Notes under the pieces: model-generated
What the model was told of the DNA's origin: nothing
What the model saw: the letters and a program-made list of their open reading frames with translations, nothing else
Database searches by the model: none
NCBI GenBank assembly: GCA_963675665.1
Contig: OY776510.1
Location: forward strand, 4,512,001 to 4,576,000
Reading direction: 5' to 3'
DNA length: 64,000 nt
Origin: Spirochaetia bacterium
Lineage (GTDB): Bacteria; Spirochaetota; Spirochaetia; UBA9216
Made by a program: the position numbers and the translations under genes
In this document: positions 38,785 to 48,668 of the stretch, piece after piece
Layout: each line of letters starts with the position of its first letter
Position numbering within the stretch: the first letter of the stretch is position 1

Positions 38785-39281
38785 AAATATTCTCCATGTC
38801 CGTGTTTATGACATCTGCATTTCTCAGATTCGCCGCCGAAAAGCCTGATTTTGGCATTCAGGACTTCCAGGGCATCAGTTGTGGTCCGGAGTTCTTCTTC
38901 CGATAATTTGTCCGCGAGCAACCGGAACCAGTCCTTTTTTACGGCACGGCTTTCTTTCATCATCCTGAGACCTTCTTCCGAAAGTCTGTGCAGGCGAATT
39001 CTCCTGTCGCTGCTGCTGCCGAACCTTTCAATTATACCCTGTGTTACAAGCTGATCAAGCAGCTGGCTTGCAGCCGGATTACTTACCGACAGCATCCTGC
39101 TTACATTACCAACCGTACACTCACTGCGGTGATAAAGCATATGAAGCGTTGAAATCTGTGAATGGGAAAGGCCTTTTTTCCTGAAATAACTGAAATACCC
39201 CCTGAACGAGATATACATCGACATTTCCGTCAGTTCGGTCAGGGCTTTACTGCATCTTTCTATATAATCTTTATGTTTCAT
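38781..39281 (-). CDS. MarR-family regulator
   Basis: Winged helix with SDRR motif; first gene of the ABC operon. Confidence 0.88.
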   Translation of the reverse strand: MKHKDYIERCSKALTELTEMSMYISFRGYFSYFRKKGLSHSQISTLHMLYHRSECTVGNVSRMLSVSNPAASQLLDQLVTQGIIERFGSSSDRRIRLHRLSEEGLRMMKESRAVKKDWFRLLADKLSEEELRTTTDALEVLNAKIRLFGGESEKCRCHKHGHGEYL

Positions 39282-39401
39282 ACCAATTTATTTAAGTAAA
39301 ATTAAATAATAACCCTACTTAAGGTATTATCATAATAAAGTATAGTCAAGAAAAACCGGCGCAGAACACGCCGGATTTATCAAAATTTTCCCGGTAATGC
39401 G

Positions 39402-40868
39402 TCAGCCAAGCAGTGCAGCAGCCGCATCTATTCTCTGAAGAGCCTTTTCCAATCCAAGAAGTCTGATTGATGCAAACAGCGGCGGTGATATTCTGCTGCC
39501 GGTCACGGCAAGCCGAAGAGGCGCAAGAAGATCCCCGAGTTTGTATCCGCTTTTCTCTGAAAGGGCCTTGAAGTCTTCTTCAAGCGCCTCGTCATCTGTT
39601 TCAGCCATTGTTTCAACCAAAGCCCTGCCCAATTTTAAAATTTCAAGGGTTGCAGCGGCATCCTGTTTCTTCGGAATCAGGTCTTCAGCCGGGTAACCCG
39701 AGATATCGGAAAACAGAAAGGCTGTCATGGGTACAATATCCGAAAGGACTTTAAGCCTCTCCTTTACAATGGGAATCATTCCGTCAAGCATATCGTTCTG
39801 GGCGGCAGTCGGCGGAACATCAAGGTTGCCGGACTTCTGCAGATAAGGCACTATCTTTTCCTTCAGGGCATTATCATCAAGCATACGGATATACTGCCCG
39901 TTAAACCAGTCGAGTTTTTTATAGTCGAAAACCCCCGGGGCCTTGTTCAGTTTTTCAAGAACAAAAAGCTTCTCAAGGTCGGACTTGTCGAAAAACTCGC
40001 GGCTGTCGTCGTAAGACCAGCCTATCAGCGATATATAGTTTATAAGCGCCTCAGGCAGATACCCGGCGGCAATAAAATCTCGAAGGCTTGTAGAACCGTG
40101 TCTCTTTGAAAGTTTCTGGCCGTCCTTGCCCATAACCATCGGAAGGTGACAGTACACCGGCGGCTCCCATTCGAATGCCTGGTACAGCAAAATATGCAGA
40201 GGTCCGGACGGAAGCCATTCCTGGGCGCGCATAATATGCGATATTTCCATGTGGTGGTCGTCAATGATGTTGGCAAGGTGATACGTCGGGAAACCGTCAG
40301 ACTTGAGCAGTACCGGATCGGGGTTGATGTCGCTGTTCTTTCTTTTCACATCGCCGAGCAGGACATCATGAAAAACGGTAATGCCGTCAAGCGGTATCTT
40401 AAAGCGGACAACGGGCCTGATGCCCTGCGCCTCGTATTCGGCCTGCTGTTCCGGGGTCAGGTCGCGGCAGCGCCTGTCGTAGCCCTGCTGCGATTTCTTG
40501 TTTTTCTGCTGCTCCGCGCGGAGGGCCTCAAGACGCTCGGGCGTGCAGTAGCATTTATACGCCTTTCCCTCGTCTATAAGCTGCTGCGCGTACCTGCTGT
40601 ACATTTCAAAACGTTCCGATTGCACATACGGGCCGTAATCACCGCCCTTGTCGGGGCCCTCGTCCCATTCAATACCGAGCCAGCGGAATGTATCATACAG
40701 ATCCTGCAGCGATTCGTCGCTGTAACGCTCACGATCAGTATCCTCGATCCTGAGGATAAACCGTCCTCCCTGACTTTTTGCAAAGAAATAGTTGAAAAGA
40801 GCGGTCCTTACGCCGCCTATATGCTGTAGCCCCGTCGGCGACGGAGCATATCTTACTCTTACGCTCAT
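39402..40868 (-). CDS. gltX: Glutamate--tRNA ligase
   Basis: RYAPSPTG, HIGG, LRIEDTD and KLSKR; true start MSVRVRY at 40868. Confidence 0.97.
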   Translation of the reverse strand: MSVRVRYAPSPTGLQHIGGVRTALFNYFFAKSQGGRFILRIEDTDRERYSDESLQDLYDTFRWLGIEWDEGPDKGGDYGPYVQSERFEMYSRYAQQLIDEGKAYKCYCTPERLEALRAEQQKNKKSQQGYDRRCRDLTPEQQAEYEAQGIRPVVRFKIPLDGITVFHDVLLGDVKRKNSDINPDPVLLKSDGFPTYHLANIIDDHHMEISHIMRAQEWLPSGPLHILLYQAFEWEPPVYCHLPMVMGKDGQKLSKRHGSTSLRDFIAAGYLPEALINYISLIGWSYDDSREFFDKSDLEKLFVLEKLNKAPGVFDYKKLDWFNGQYIRMLDDNALKEKIVPYLQKSGNLDVPPTAAQNDMLDGMIPIVKERLKVLSDIVPMTAFLFSDISGYPAEDLIPKKQDAAATLEILKLGRALVETMAETDDEALEEDFKALSEKSGYKLGDLLAPLRLAVTGSRISPPLFASIRLLGLEKALQRIDAAAALLG

Positions 40869-40878
40869 TTTACCGTCC

Positions 40879-42105
40879 TTATTGAATAATTGTCTGTCTG
40901 TAGCTGCCAAGAAAATCCTTAAGACCCGCAGCGGCACGTTCAAGCTCGTCCACAACAGGCAGAAATACCAGTCTGAAATGATCGGGTTTCTTCCAGTTGA
41001 AGCCGGTCCCCTGCACAAGCAGTATATGTTTCTCCCGCAGAAAATCAAGAACAAACTGCACATCGTCGGTTATATTAAAAAGATCAGTGTCCAGCTTCGG
41101 AAAACAGTAAAGGGCCCCGGCAGGCTTTACGCAGCTGACTCCCGGAATATCGTTGAGAAGTTTCCAGGCAAGTTCCCGCTGCTCAAACAGCCTTCCGCCG
41201 GGCCTGATCAGCTCGCCGATGCTCTGAAACCCGCCGAGGCTTGTCTGTATCGCGTACTGCGCGGGAACATTACTGCACAGACGCATATTTGAAAGAATGT
41301 TCAGCCCTTCAATATAGTCGGCAGCGTTCTTTTTCTTCCCGCTGAGAATCATCCATCCGGCCCGAAACCCGGGGGCCCTGTAAACCTTGGACAGCCCTCC
41401 GAAAGTGATGAAAAACACCTCGTCGCTCAGCGACGCCGGAGATATGTAGGTTTCCTGATCATAAATAATCTTGTCGTAGATCTCATCTGAAAATATAATC
41501 AATTCGTGCTTTTCAGCCAGCCCGATTATCTGATTCAGAATTTCCTGGGTGTATACTGCGCCGGTAGGGTTGTTCGGGCTTATTATTACTATGGCCTTGG
41601 TCCGTGGCGTTATTTTAGATTCCATATCGTCAATGTCGGGCATCCATCCGGCGCTTTCGTCGCAGAGGTAATGCACCGGCATCCCGCCGGAAAGCGTTAC
41701 CGAAGCGGTCCAGAGCGGGTAATCCGGCGCCGGAATAAGGACTTCGTCGCCGTTATCAAGCAGTCCGTTCATGGACATTGAAATCAGTTCCGAAACGCCG
41801 TTTCCGATATATATGTCGTCGACATCAACCCCATGGATGTTTTTCTGCTGACAGTTATGCATTACCGCCTTGCGGGCTGCAAAAATCCCCTTCGAATCGC
41901 AGTAGCCTTCGGCATCGCGCATATTCATAATCATATCGTGAACAACTTCATCAGGCGTATACAATCCGAAAGGCGCCGTGTTGCCTATATTAAGCTTCAG
42001 GATATTCGCTCCCTCAGCCTGAAGCCTGTCGGCTTCTTTCATTACAGGGCCGCGAATATCATAGCAGACATTATCAAGTTTCTTTGACTTCTTAAAATTC
42101 CTCAT
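40879..42105 (-). CDS. alaA: Alanine transaminase (class I/II PLP aminotransferase)
   Basis: YDIRGPV, LKLNIGN, PDYPLWTA, PNNPTG, DEIYD and GLSK..R..GFR.GW. Confidence 0.88.
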   Translation of the reverse strand: MRNFKKSKKLDNVCYDIRGPVMKEADRLQAEGANILKLNIGNTAPFGLYTPDEVVHDMIMNMRDAEGYCDSKGIFAARKAVMHNCQQKNIHGVDVDDIYIGNGVSELISMSMNGLLDNGDEVLIPAPDYPLWTASVTLSGGMPVHYLCDESAGWMPDIDDMESKITPRTKAIVIISPNNPTGAVYTQEILNQIIGLAEKHELIIFSDEIYDKIIYDQETYISPASLSDEVFFITFGGLSKVYRAPGFRAGWMILSGKKKNAADYIEGLNILSNMRLCSNVPAQYAIQTSLGGFQSIGELIRPGGRLFEQRELAWKLLNDIPGVSCVKPAGALYCFPKLDTDLFNITDDVQFVLDFLREKHILLVQGTGFNWKKPDHFRLVFLPVVDELERAAAGLKDFLGSYRQTIIQ

Positions 42106-42112
42106 GTTGTTC

Positions 42113-42919
42113 TTATTCCTGTTCCTCTGAGTAGAGCCAGTCCAGCGCATCATTTATTATATTGGACAAAAACAGCATCTGCACATTATCCTGCTGCTTT
42201 TCGCTCCACTTCATGAATGATTCCCTGGACATTTTATTCTTCAGTTCGTTGCGTCCGGGTTCAAGCACAGCATTAACCTGTTCCTCGCTGCCGAACGGCG
42301 AAAGCATATAAAGTGAAGTCAGCTGCAGGATCGGATCTTTTTTCAACCTGCTCAGCTCCGTCAGTATTCGGACCGGTTCATCAGTCTCTTTCAGAAGCAG
42401 CATTGCAAAACAGTAATTCCATCTAATCCAGCCCTCATCCGGCGTTCCCGCCGACAGGAATTCGCCGAAATACTTTTTCATCTTAACCGGATCACCTTCA
42501 AGCAGAACCGGGAGTCCAAGCTGCAGAGCCCATTCCCGGCGCATCCGCGGATTTTCACCGGACAGAAGTTCATCCACCTTACGGATCCCGTTTATATTCG
42601 AGGTTGCTATACAGGTGCTGATATAAAGACGCACATACATCTTCCTGAGTTTCTTTTTCTCAAAAAGATAATTCCCGAGAAGCTTTTTCAGTTCGGGCCA
42701 GTTTTCGGTTTCAAGATAACCTAAAATGCGTCGGTTCATGAAATACAGAGCATTTATAAAAATCAGCACGATAATAAATATAACGGCGATATACCAGCTG
42801 TCCAGCCAGAACTGCAGCCCGTATTCGTTCCCGAGCATGAAAACCGGCATCAAAAAGATCATCAAGAACGAAAAAACAATAAGAATGTTAAACGAAAGAA
42901 AAATTAACTTAAATTTCAA
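42113..42919 (-). CDS. Hypothetical membrane protein
   Basis: Two N-terminal TM helices; GGAG RBS; in an operon with alaA-gltX. Confidence 0.75.
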   Translation of the reverse strand: MKFKLIFLSFNILIVFSFLMIFLMPVFMLGNEYGLQFWLDSWYIAVIFIIVLIFINALYFMNRRILGYLETENWPELKKLLGNYLFEKKKLRKMYVRLYISTCIATSNINGIRKVDELLSGENPRMRREWALQLGLPVLLEGDPVKMKKYFGEFLSAGTPDEGWIRWNYCFAMLLLKETDEPVRILTELSRLKKDPILQLTSLYMLSPFGSEEQVNAVLEPGRNELKNKMSRESFMKWSEKQQDNVQMLFLSNIINDALDWLYSEEQE

Positions 42920-43021
42920 CTAAAAAACTCCAATAATATATAATGAAGAGGTATATTATATCCTGAGACCATTACCTTTTTGATATTACTTTAATATTAT
43001 AATGGGGTCAACGAGGAAGTC

Positions 43022-44179
43022 ATGAACGAATTGTCAATCGAAAATCTGCCGGACCAGGCCTTCAGCTCAGAGAACATATATCTGGATGATGAATACATCC
43101 TGCTGAGTCCTGATACTCCCATGCTCCCGGCGTTGAAACGCCGGCTTGCAGAATGGAATTTCAAATCGGTCATGGCAGAGGGTCACCCCGAATTTACCGA
43201 GATTATAAGCAGCGGCGCTGCGGTGGGCATGCTTCTTAAAAAGGGAACAGGCGAGTCCAAACAGGAGATAGAAGCCTCGGAGTTTTATAATTCGCTATGC
43301 GACTTTGTGGACAAGACGTTTCAACTCTTCCGGGAAGGCACCGAACCCAAGGTAAACCCGATATCGGATCAGGTTAAAAAATTGATCCAGATGACAAAAA
43401 CGCATAAAATCTACCTGCTGAACCTGGCCGAATATGAATCGGATGATATAGATTACAGCGTATCACAATCGGTTAAAACCGCGATACTCGCCATAGCAAT
43501 GAGCGATACGCTCAGGCTTCCGGCGCACAAACAGATAGAACTCGGGCTTGCGGCAATTCTCCACCGGATAGGCGCAATGCAGATACCGCAGGGGCTTTTT
43601 TATTCCGACCGTCCGCTGACCCCGGAAGAGAAGAAAAGCGTGACCCTTTTCCCTGTTCTCGGTTTCAAATCGCTTAAAGCGGCCAACTTCCCGTCATCCG
43701 TTGCGCTTGCCGTGCTTGAACACCGCGAAAATGTGGACGGCTCGGGTTATCCGCGGGGCTTCACAGGCGATAAAATAAGTCTTTACGGCAAACTTGTTTC
43801 AGTGGCCAGCGCATACTGCGCTACCGTATCCAAACGGCCGTTCAGGGACAACGTGGACGGGCATTCCGGTATGCTGGAGCTTATCAAGGAAAAAGGCCGC
43901 AAATACGATGAAAAGGTTTTAAGGGTGCTGCTTCTGACCCTCACGGTATACCCTATAGGCACCTATGTTAAGATGACCGACGGTTCAATCGGTATAGTTA
44001 ATGAAACAAACTCGGCAGAACCCAAATTCCCGGTTCTAAAGATGATTTTTGACTCCAGGCAGACGTTCTATGCCGACGCGCCCCTGTTTCATACAGCCGA
44101 AGATGACGATATACAGATAGCCCGCGCGCTGTCCAGATCTGAAGTAGAGGAACTCAGGGCAAAACTGCCTAACAACTGA
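43022..44179 (+). CDS. HD-GYP domain protein (degenerate)
   Basis: HRENVDGSGYP is present, but the HD motif is altered to LHRIG. Confidence 0.82.
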   Translation: MNELSIENLPDQAFSSENIYLDDEYILLSPDTPMLPALKRRLAEWNFKSVMAEGHPEFTEIISSGAAVGMLLKKGTGESKQEIEASEFYNSLCDFVDKTFQLFREGTEPKVNPISDQVKKLIQMTKTHKIYLLNLAEYESDDIDYSVSQSVKTAILAIAMSDTLRLPAHKQIELGLAAILHRIGAMQIPQGLFYSDRPLTPEEKKSVTLFPVLGFKSLKAANFPSSVALAVLEHRENVDGSGYPRGFTGDKISLYGKLVSVASAYCATVSKRPFRDNVDGHSGMLELIKEKGRKYDEKVLRVLLLTLTVYPIGTYVKMTDGSIGIVNETNSAEPKFPVLKMIFDSRQTFYADAPLFHTAEDDDIQIARALSRSEVEELRAKLPNN

Positions 44180-44254
44180 AAAAAACCGTTGACAGATTCA
44201 CGGCTTTTAATTAGCCTGTATCTTCCTGAAAACAATACCGAAGAGGTTTCATAA

Positions 44255-45205
44255 TTGTACGCAACCAGTTCTACATTTCCATCTACGGTTATCAGTGACG
44301 CCTTTGAAGCCGCAACCAACGGGATGCACAACCCCGAAGCGTTTGCCCGGCTTGAAAGTCTTGAAGCCGATCAAAACTGGAAAAACATCATTTACGCTAT
44401 TCGGGCCTTTTATAACCAGGATTTCGGACTGATGAACAACCTTCTGATCAGTGTTGACCCCGGCAGCGATGCGGGCCGGCTTGTCAGGGTGCTCCGTCAC
44501 ATGGCCGGAACGGAAGATTATTCCGGAAAATTGACAAAGAGCGAGGAAAGACTGGCCCTCCGTGTTACCGAGAACACCAGGTTTCTGAACAGTGCCGTCA
44601 GGCAGCTTAAGGAAAGTATCGATTACGGAGAAGAACTTTTCACTGAAACCGCATCTCTTTTAATCAAGGAAGTAAAACAGAAAACACCGGTTGCCGCAGG
44701 ACGCCTGGCGTTATGGAGTTTCAGGATCTGCATAGAGAAGGGATTCGATGATGAAGCGCTGGCTGATAACATACTGATGCTGTTCGGACAGGCGGAGGGT
44801 TTGAGGCTGATCGCCCTGTCGCTTATGGAAACGGAACCGGAATCGGCGCTTATATGTTTTACACGTTCGCTGATCAGGCGCATTATGGATAAGACAATAA
44901 ATAAAACCGACGCCGCGGCTTATATGGAAGTTATAGAAGCCCTTTTGACGGCCTGCGCCGAAAATGATCCGGTAATAATAGATATCAGCGAACTTCTGTC
45001 GATGCTCGAATCGGAACTGAACCTGTATTTCGGGTTCCCGTCAATCAGCATGGACACTTCTCCGGCGGCAAAAATCTCGGCAATGATAAAACATCTGACC
45101 ATTTCTTCAGACCCGGTCTACACTGAAGAACTTCAGGAACCGGAACCGGCCGAAGTGAAACTTGCCAGAGTTTCAAAAAATGCCGTACAGCTTGAATTAT
45201 TTTAA
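44255..45205 (+). CDS. Hypothetical protein
   Basis: 316-aa ORF ending in QLELF (beta-clamp-binding-like); start uncertain. Confidence 0.65.
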   Translation: MYATSSTFPSTVISDAFEAATNGMHNPEAFARLESLEADQNWKNIIYAIRAFYNQDFGLMNNLLISVDPGSDAGRLVRVLRHMAGTEDYSGKLTKSEERLALRVTENTRFLNSAVRQLKESIDYGEELFTETASLLIKEVKQKTPVAAGRLALWSFRICIEKGFDDEALADNILMLFGQAEGLRLIALSLMETEPESALICFTRSLIRRIMDKTINKTDAAAYMEVIEALLTACAENDPVIIDISELLSMLESELNLYFGFPSISMDTSPAAKISAMIKHLTISSDPVYTEELQEPEPAEVKLARVSKNAVQLELF

Positions 45206-45220
45206 AAATACGCGGGGGAA

Positions 45221-45410
45221 TATGACCTATAACAAACTTCTTGATTTATACAAAAACGGCAATTCAACATCAGATGAAGCAATATTAAAAATTCTTCAGC
45301 CCAAACCGCTTAAGGATGCCGGTGAACTTGAACAAATTGTATCTTCCAGGTTCAGATATACCGGACCCGGAAAATGGACCAGGATTATCAGGGAAAAAAC
45401 GGACAATTAA
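45221..45410 (+). CDS. Small hypothetical protein
   Basis: ATG after a GGGGGA RBS; about 62 aa. Confidence 0.4.
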
Positions 45411-45555
45411 ATAACGGGAATCTTTAAAAACTGCAGTTTTTAGAGATTCCATAATACTCATGTCAAAATCAGTATTTTTTACATGAGCATTAAATTATTT
45501 AAAAAGCTATTGAAACCTGAGGTTCTCTAAGCAATAATTAATACCGGAGGCTGCA

Positions 45556-47217
45556 ATGAAAGATCTTAAAGTTCGCCTGGAAAACGGTGCAGAAATCCCC
45601 GTAAAATACGGCACGGATATCCTTACAATTCTCCGTGAAAACGGCCTGACTGATTCAAGCCGATACCCGGCGACAGCCGCTCTTGTTAACAACGAACTTG
45701 TCAGCTTAAGTTCCAGACTAAAAATCAATGCCGAACTCAAGCCTGTGTTTCTGAATTCGGCAACAGGCGCGCGCGTTTACCGTAAAACCCTCTCAATACT
45801 TTTATCGAAAACCTGCAGGGAACTTTACCCCGACAGAAGACTGATAATTGGACACTCGCTGAGCACCGGTTATTTCTGCTATTTCGACGGAATGCTGAAT
45901 GTAGAAGACCGGGAACTCGAAGAGATCCGAAACCATATGTCTGCGCTGATCAAACAGAACCTGAAAATAAATTACGAGAACATGTCCTACGCCGAAGCCT
46001 GTTCGCAACTGGATTCAAATACTTCGAAGAGCCTTATCCTGAAATACCGGAACGATCCGATCATTCCTATCTACCGCATCGGAGACGACTGGATCGATAT
46101 TGCATACGAACCGCTTTTGCCGGAAACCGGAATGCTCAGTAAATTTGAAATACTTGATTATGATCCGGGGTTTATGCTGCGTTTTCCGCATGCTGCAGCG
46201 CCTGAAAAAATTGTCAGGTTTGAAGACAACCACCTGCTGAAATCAATCTTCAATGAATATAAGGCCTGGGGTAAAATTCTGAATGTAGACTGTGCGGGAA
46301 AACTCAACAATATAGCAAACGGAACAGAAATAAAAGGTTTTATCAGGGTGGCTGAAGCGCTTCATGAGAAGAAACTGTCCAATATTGCCGATCTGATTGC
46401 AGAAAAACGCGAAAAGCTCAGGGTAATCCTGATTGCCGGACCGTCATCTTCCGGGAAAACAACCTTTACAAAAAAACTCGCTATTCATCTAAGGGTCCTC
46501 GGGTTTAATCCCCAGCTGATATCGCTTGACGATTATTACGTTGATCGCGAACTGACGCCTAAAGACGAATTCGGGGAATATAATTTTGAGGCGCTTGAAG
46601 CAATAGACATTGCCCAGCTCAATAACGATTTGCTGAAACTGTTTAACGGCGAAGAGGTTGAAATACCTTCGTTCAATTTTAAAACCGGGCTTCGTGAATA
46701 CCGCGGACATAAAATCAGAATGCGCAGCCGCAATATCCTTCTGATTGAGGGAATCCACGGATTGAACGACCGGCTGACCGCCCGAATCCCTTCAGAGCAG
46801 AAATTCAAGATATACATCTCGGCGCTTACCCAGCTTAACCTTGACGATAACAACCGCATAGCGACCACCGACAACAGGCTGATACGCCGGATAGTCCGTG
46901 ATTACCAGTTCAGGGGTTACGACGCGCTGAAAACACTCGGCATGTGGGAATCGGTAAAACGCGGCGAGAAAAAAAACATTTTCCCGTTCCAGAACAATGC
47001 CGATGCGGTATTCAATTCAGCGCTTGATTACGAACTCGCCGTACTGAAAAACCTGGCCATGCCGGTGTTGAAATCGGTCAAACCCTGGCATGAAGAATAC
47101 GCGGAAGCTGCAAGACTGATGTCGTTTCTGAATAATTTCATCAGTATTCAGACGAAATATGTTCCAATGAACTCTATTCTGCGTGAATTCATAGGCGATT
47201 CGGATTTCAAGTATTAA
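45556..47217 (+). CDS. Nucleoside (uridine) kinase-like protein with ThrRS-like N-terminal domain
   Basis: IAGPSSSGKTT, SLDDYY, IEGIHGLN and DNRLIRRIVRD. Confidence 0.88.
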   Translation: MKDLKVRLENGAEIPVKYGTDILTILRENGLTDSSRYPATAALVNNELVSLSSRLKINAELKPVFLNSATGARVYRKTLSILLSKTCRELYPDRRLIIGHSLSTGYFCYFDGMLNVEDRELEEIRNHMSALIKQNLKINYENMSYAEACSQLDSNTSKSLILKYRNDPIIPIYRIGDDWIDIAYEPLLPETGMLSKFEILDYDPGFMLRFPHAAAPEKIVRFEDNHLLKSIFNEYKAWGKILNVDCAGKLNNIANGTEIKGFIRVAEALHEKKLSNIADLIAEKREKLRVILIAGPSSSGKTTFTKKLAIHLRVLGFNPQLISLDDYYVDRELTPKDEFGEYNFEALEAIDIAQLNNDLLKLFNGEEVEIPSFNFKTGLREYRGHKIRMRSRNILLIEGIHGLNDRLTARIPSEQKFKIYISALTQLNLDDNNRIATTDNRLIRRIVRDYQFRGYDALKTLGMWESVKRGEKKNIFPFQNNADAVFNSALDYELAVLKNLAMPVLKSVKPWHEEYAEAARLMSFLNNFISIQTKYVPMNSILREFIGDSDFKY

Positions 47218-47321
47218 GGGATCAGACGGCACTGAGCAGGAAAGTCGCACAGCTATAGTGCAGAAGGCGAATACAACCGACAGTTTCGGACTCCGTTATA
47301 AGTTGTTCAGAATCAGAGCAT

Positions 47322-47537
47322 TTATTGATTCAGCAATTTCTGTGCTATTTCTATCTGCGACGGATAGAGATTAGCCGGCACTGCCTCTTTGCCGAGCTTC
47401 TGAAAAATAATATGCCTGGCACAGCTGTTAAAATCTCCAAGGCAATAATTTTTTTTCATCAGGTTTGCAGTTGCCGGTTTTTCATTCATCCTGTCGTTAA
47501 AAAACGGACAACCCTGAAGACATTCACATTCCGCCAT
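47322..47537 (-). CDS. Small Cys-rich hypothetical protein
   Basis: MAECECLQGCPFF..YC....CAR..VP.NLYP; AGGAGG RBS. Confidence 0.65.
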   Translation of the reverse strand: MAECECLQGCPFFNDRMNEKPATANLMKKNYCLGDFNSCARHIIFQKLGKEAVPANLYPSQIEIAQKLLNQ

Positions 47538-47634
47538 AAAAATCCTCCTGGAAAACATTAATAATATCCAAAACAGCTTTTAATCCGCTGTATATACAGA
47601 TCACCGTTTTGCCGTTATAAACCGTCCGTCGAAA

Positions 47635-48471
47635 TCAAGATTTTAGATATTCATCAAGAAACGTCCAGATGACATCATTCAGCAGAGGTTTTTTATGGAT
47701 CCATTCCGGAATAATAATAAGCCGGTTCGGCACGCCAAATTTATCAAGTTTTTCTTCAAGCATGAAGCCATGAACAGGCGGAACTACCTTATCGGCCTCA
47801 CCGTAAATCATCAACACCGGAGGGGTTCCCTCCGAGATATAATTTATCGGACTTGCAGTTTTATACATTTCGGGGAATTCTCCGGGGGGACCTCCAATAA
47901 AATCTGTTAAAACCTTCGGATCACTTTTTTTATTATAATGAAGCACAAGGTCAACAGGGGCTTCCATATCTACAACTGCCTGTATTGAAGGATTGTCGTT
48001 ATCCGAAAAAGCATGCATCATGGCAAGATGACCGCCGGTACACCACCCTATTATGCCGAAGCGCTTTGTATCAATTTTATACTTTCTTCGATTTTCGACA
48101 AGCCAGTCGGAAGCGTGCTGAATATCTTCCAACTGTGACGGGAACTGATAGACGGATTTACCATTTTCTTTAATACTTGTTTTTCGATGGTCGATTGTTA
48201 CAGCAGTATATCCATGACAGGCGGCTTGTTTAATACTATCAAAAAATTGGATTCTATTAGAATCCATATACCCCCATCCTGAACCCAGAATAAATATCAG
48301 AGCAGGATGTTTGCCGCCGCCGACAGGATAGGCAATGTCAAGGAATAATTCATAACCTTCACCGGCATAGAACATAACATTATTTTCAACTTTTATCTGT
48401 TCCGAATCGGTAGTTATGCATGACAGGAGCAGAACAAACTGAAAAAATGCCGTCATCAACATTTTCTTCAT
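47635..48471 (-). CDS. Alpha/beta hydrolase lipoprotein
   Basis: LLSC lipobox; GWCTGG nucleophile elbow (Ser replaced); GEADKVV...H. Confidence 0.8.
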   Translation of the reverse strand: MKKMLMTAFFQFVLLLSCITTDSEQIKVENNVMFYAGEGYELFLDIAYPVGGGKHPALIFILGSGWGYMDSNRIQFFDSIKQAACHGYTAVTIDHRKTSIKENGKSVYQFPSQLEDIQHASDWLVENRRKYKIDTKRFGIIGWCTGGHLAMMHAFSDNDNPSIQAVVDMEAPVDLVLHYNKKSDPKVLTDFIGGPPGEFPEMYKTASPINYISEGTPPVLMIYGEADKVVPPVHGFMLEEKLDKFGVPNRLIIIPEWIHKKPLLNDVIWTFLDEYLKS

Positions 48472-48668
48472 TTCTTTCTCCGCTGAAGGAAAAGAACACC
48501 CGCTGTATTATTAAATAGTTTTATTCAATTCCAAATTCATTATTAATTTAAAATTATAAAATAATTATACATCCGCTGCCGGATAATTTCAAATTAGTCT
48601 TTTACTCATATTGAACAGAAAAAGACACGGGCCCTTCCTCTGCCCGCCGAAATGCCTGTAAAAACATT

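Noticed and set aside
40869-41063. N-terminal extensions of gltX (also ppk2 from 31390 and alaA from 42153)
   Set aside because: The extensions overlap neighbouring genes or promoters; conserved starts lie downstream.
47225-47297. tRNA-like multi-hairpin between convergent genes
   Set aside because: Only short 4-bp stems; no TTCGA T-loop or proper acceptor stem.
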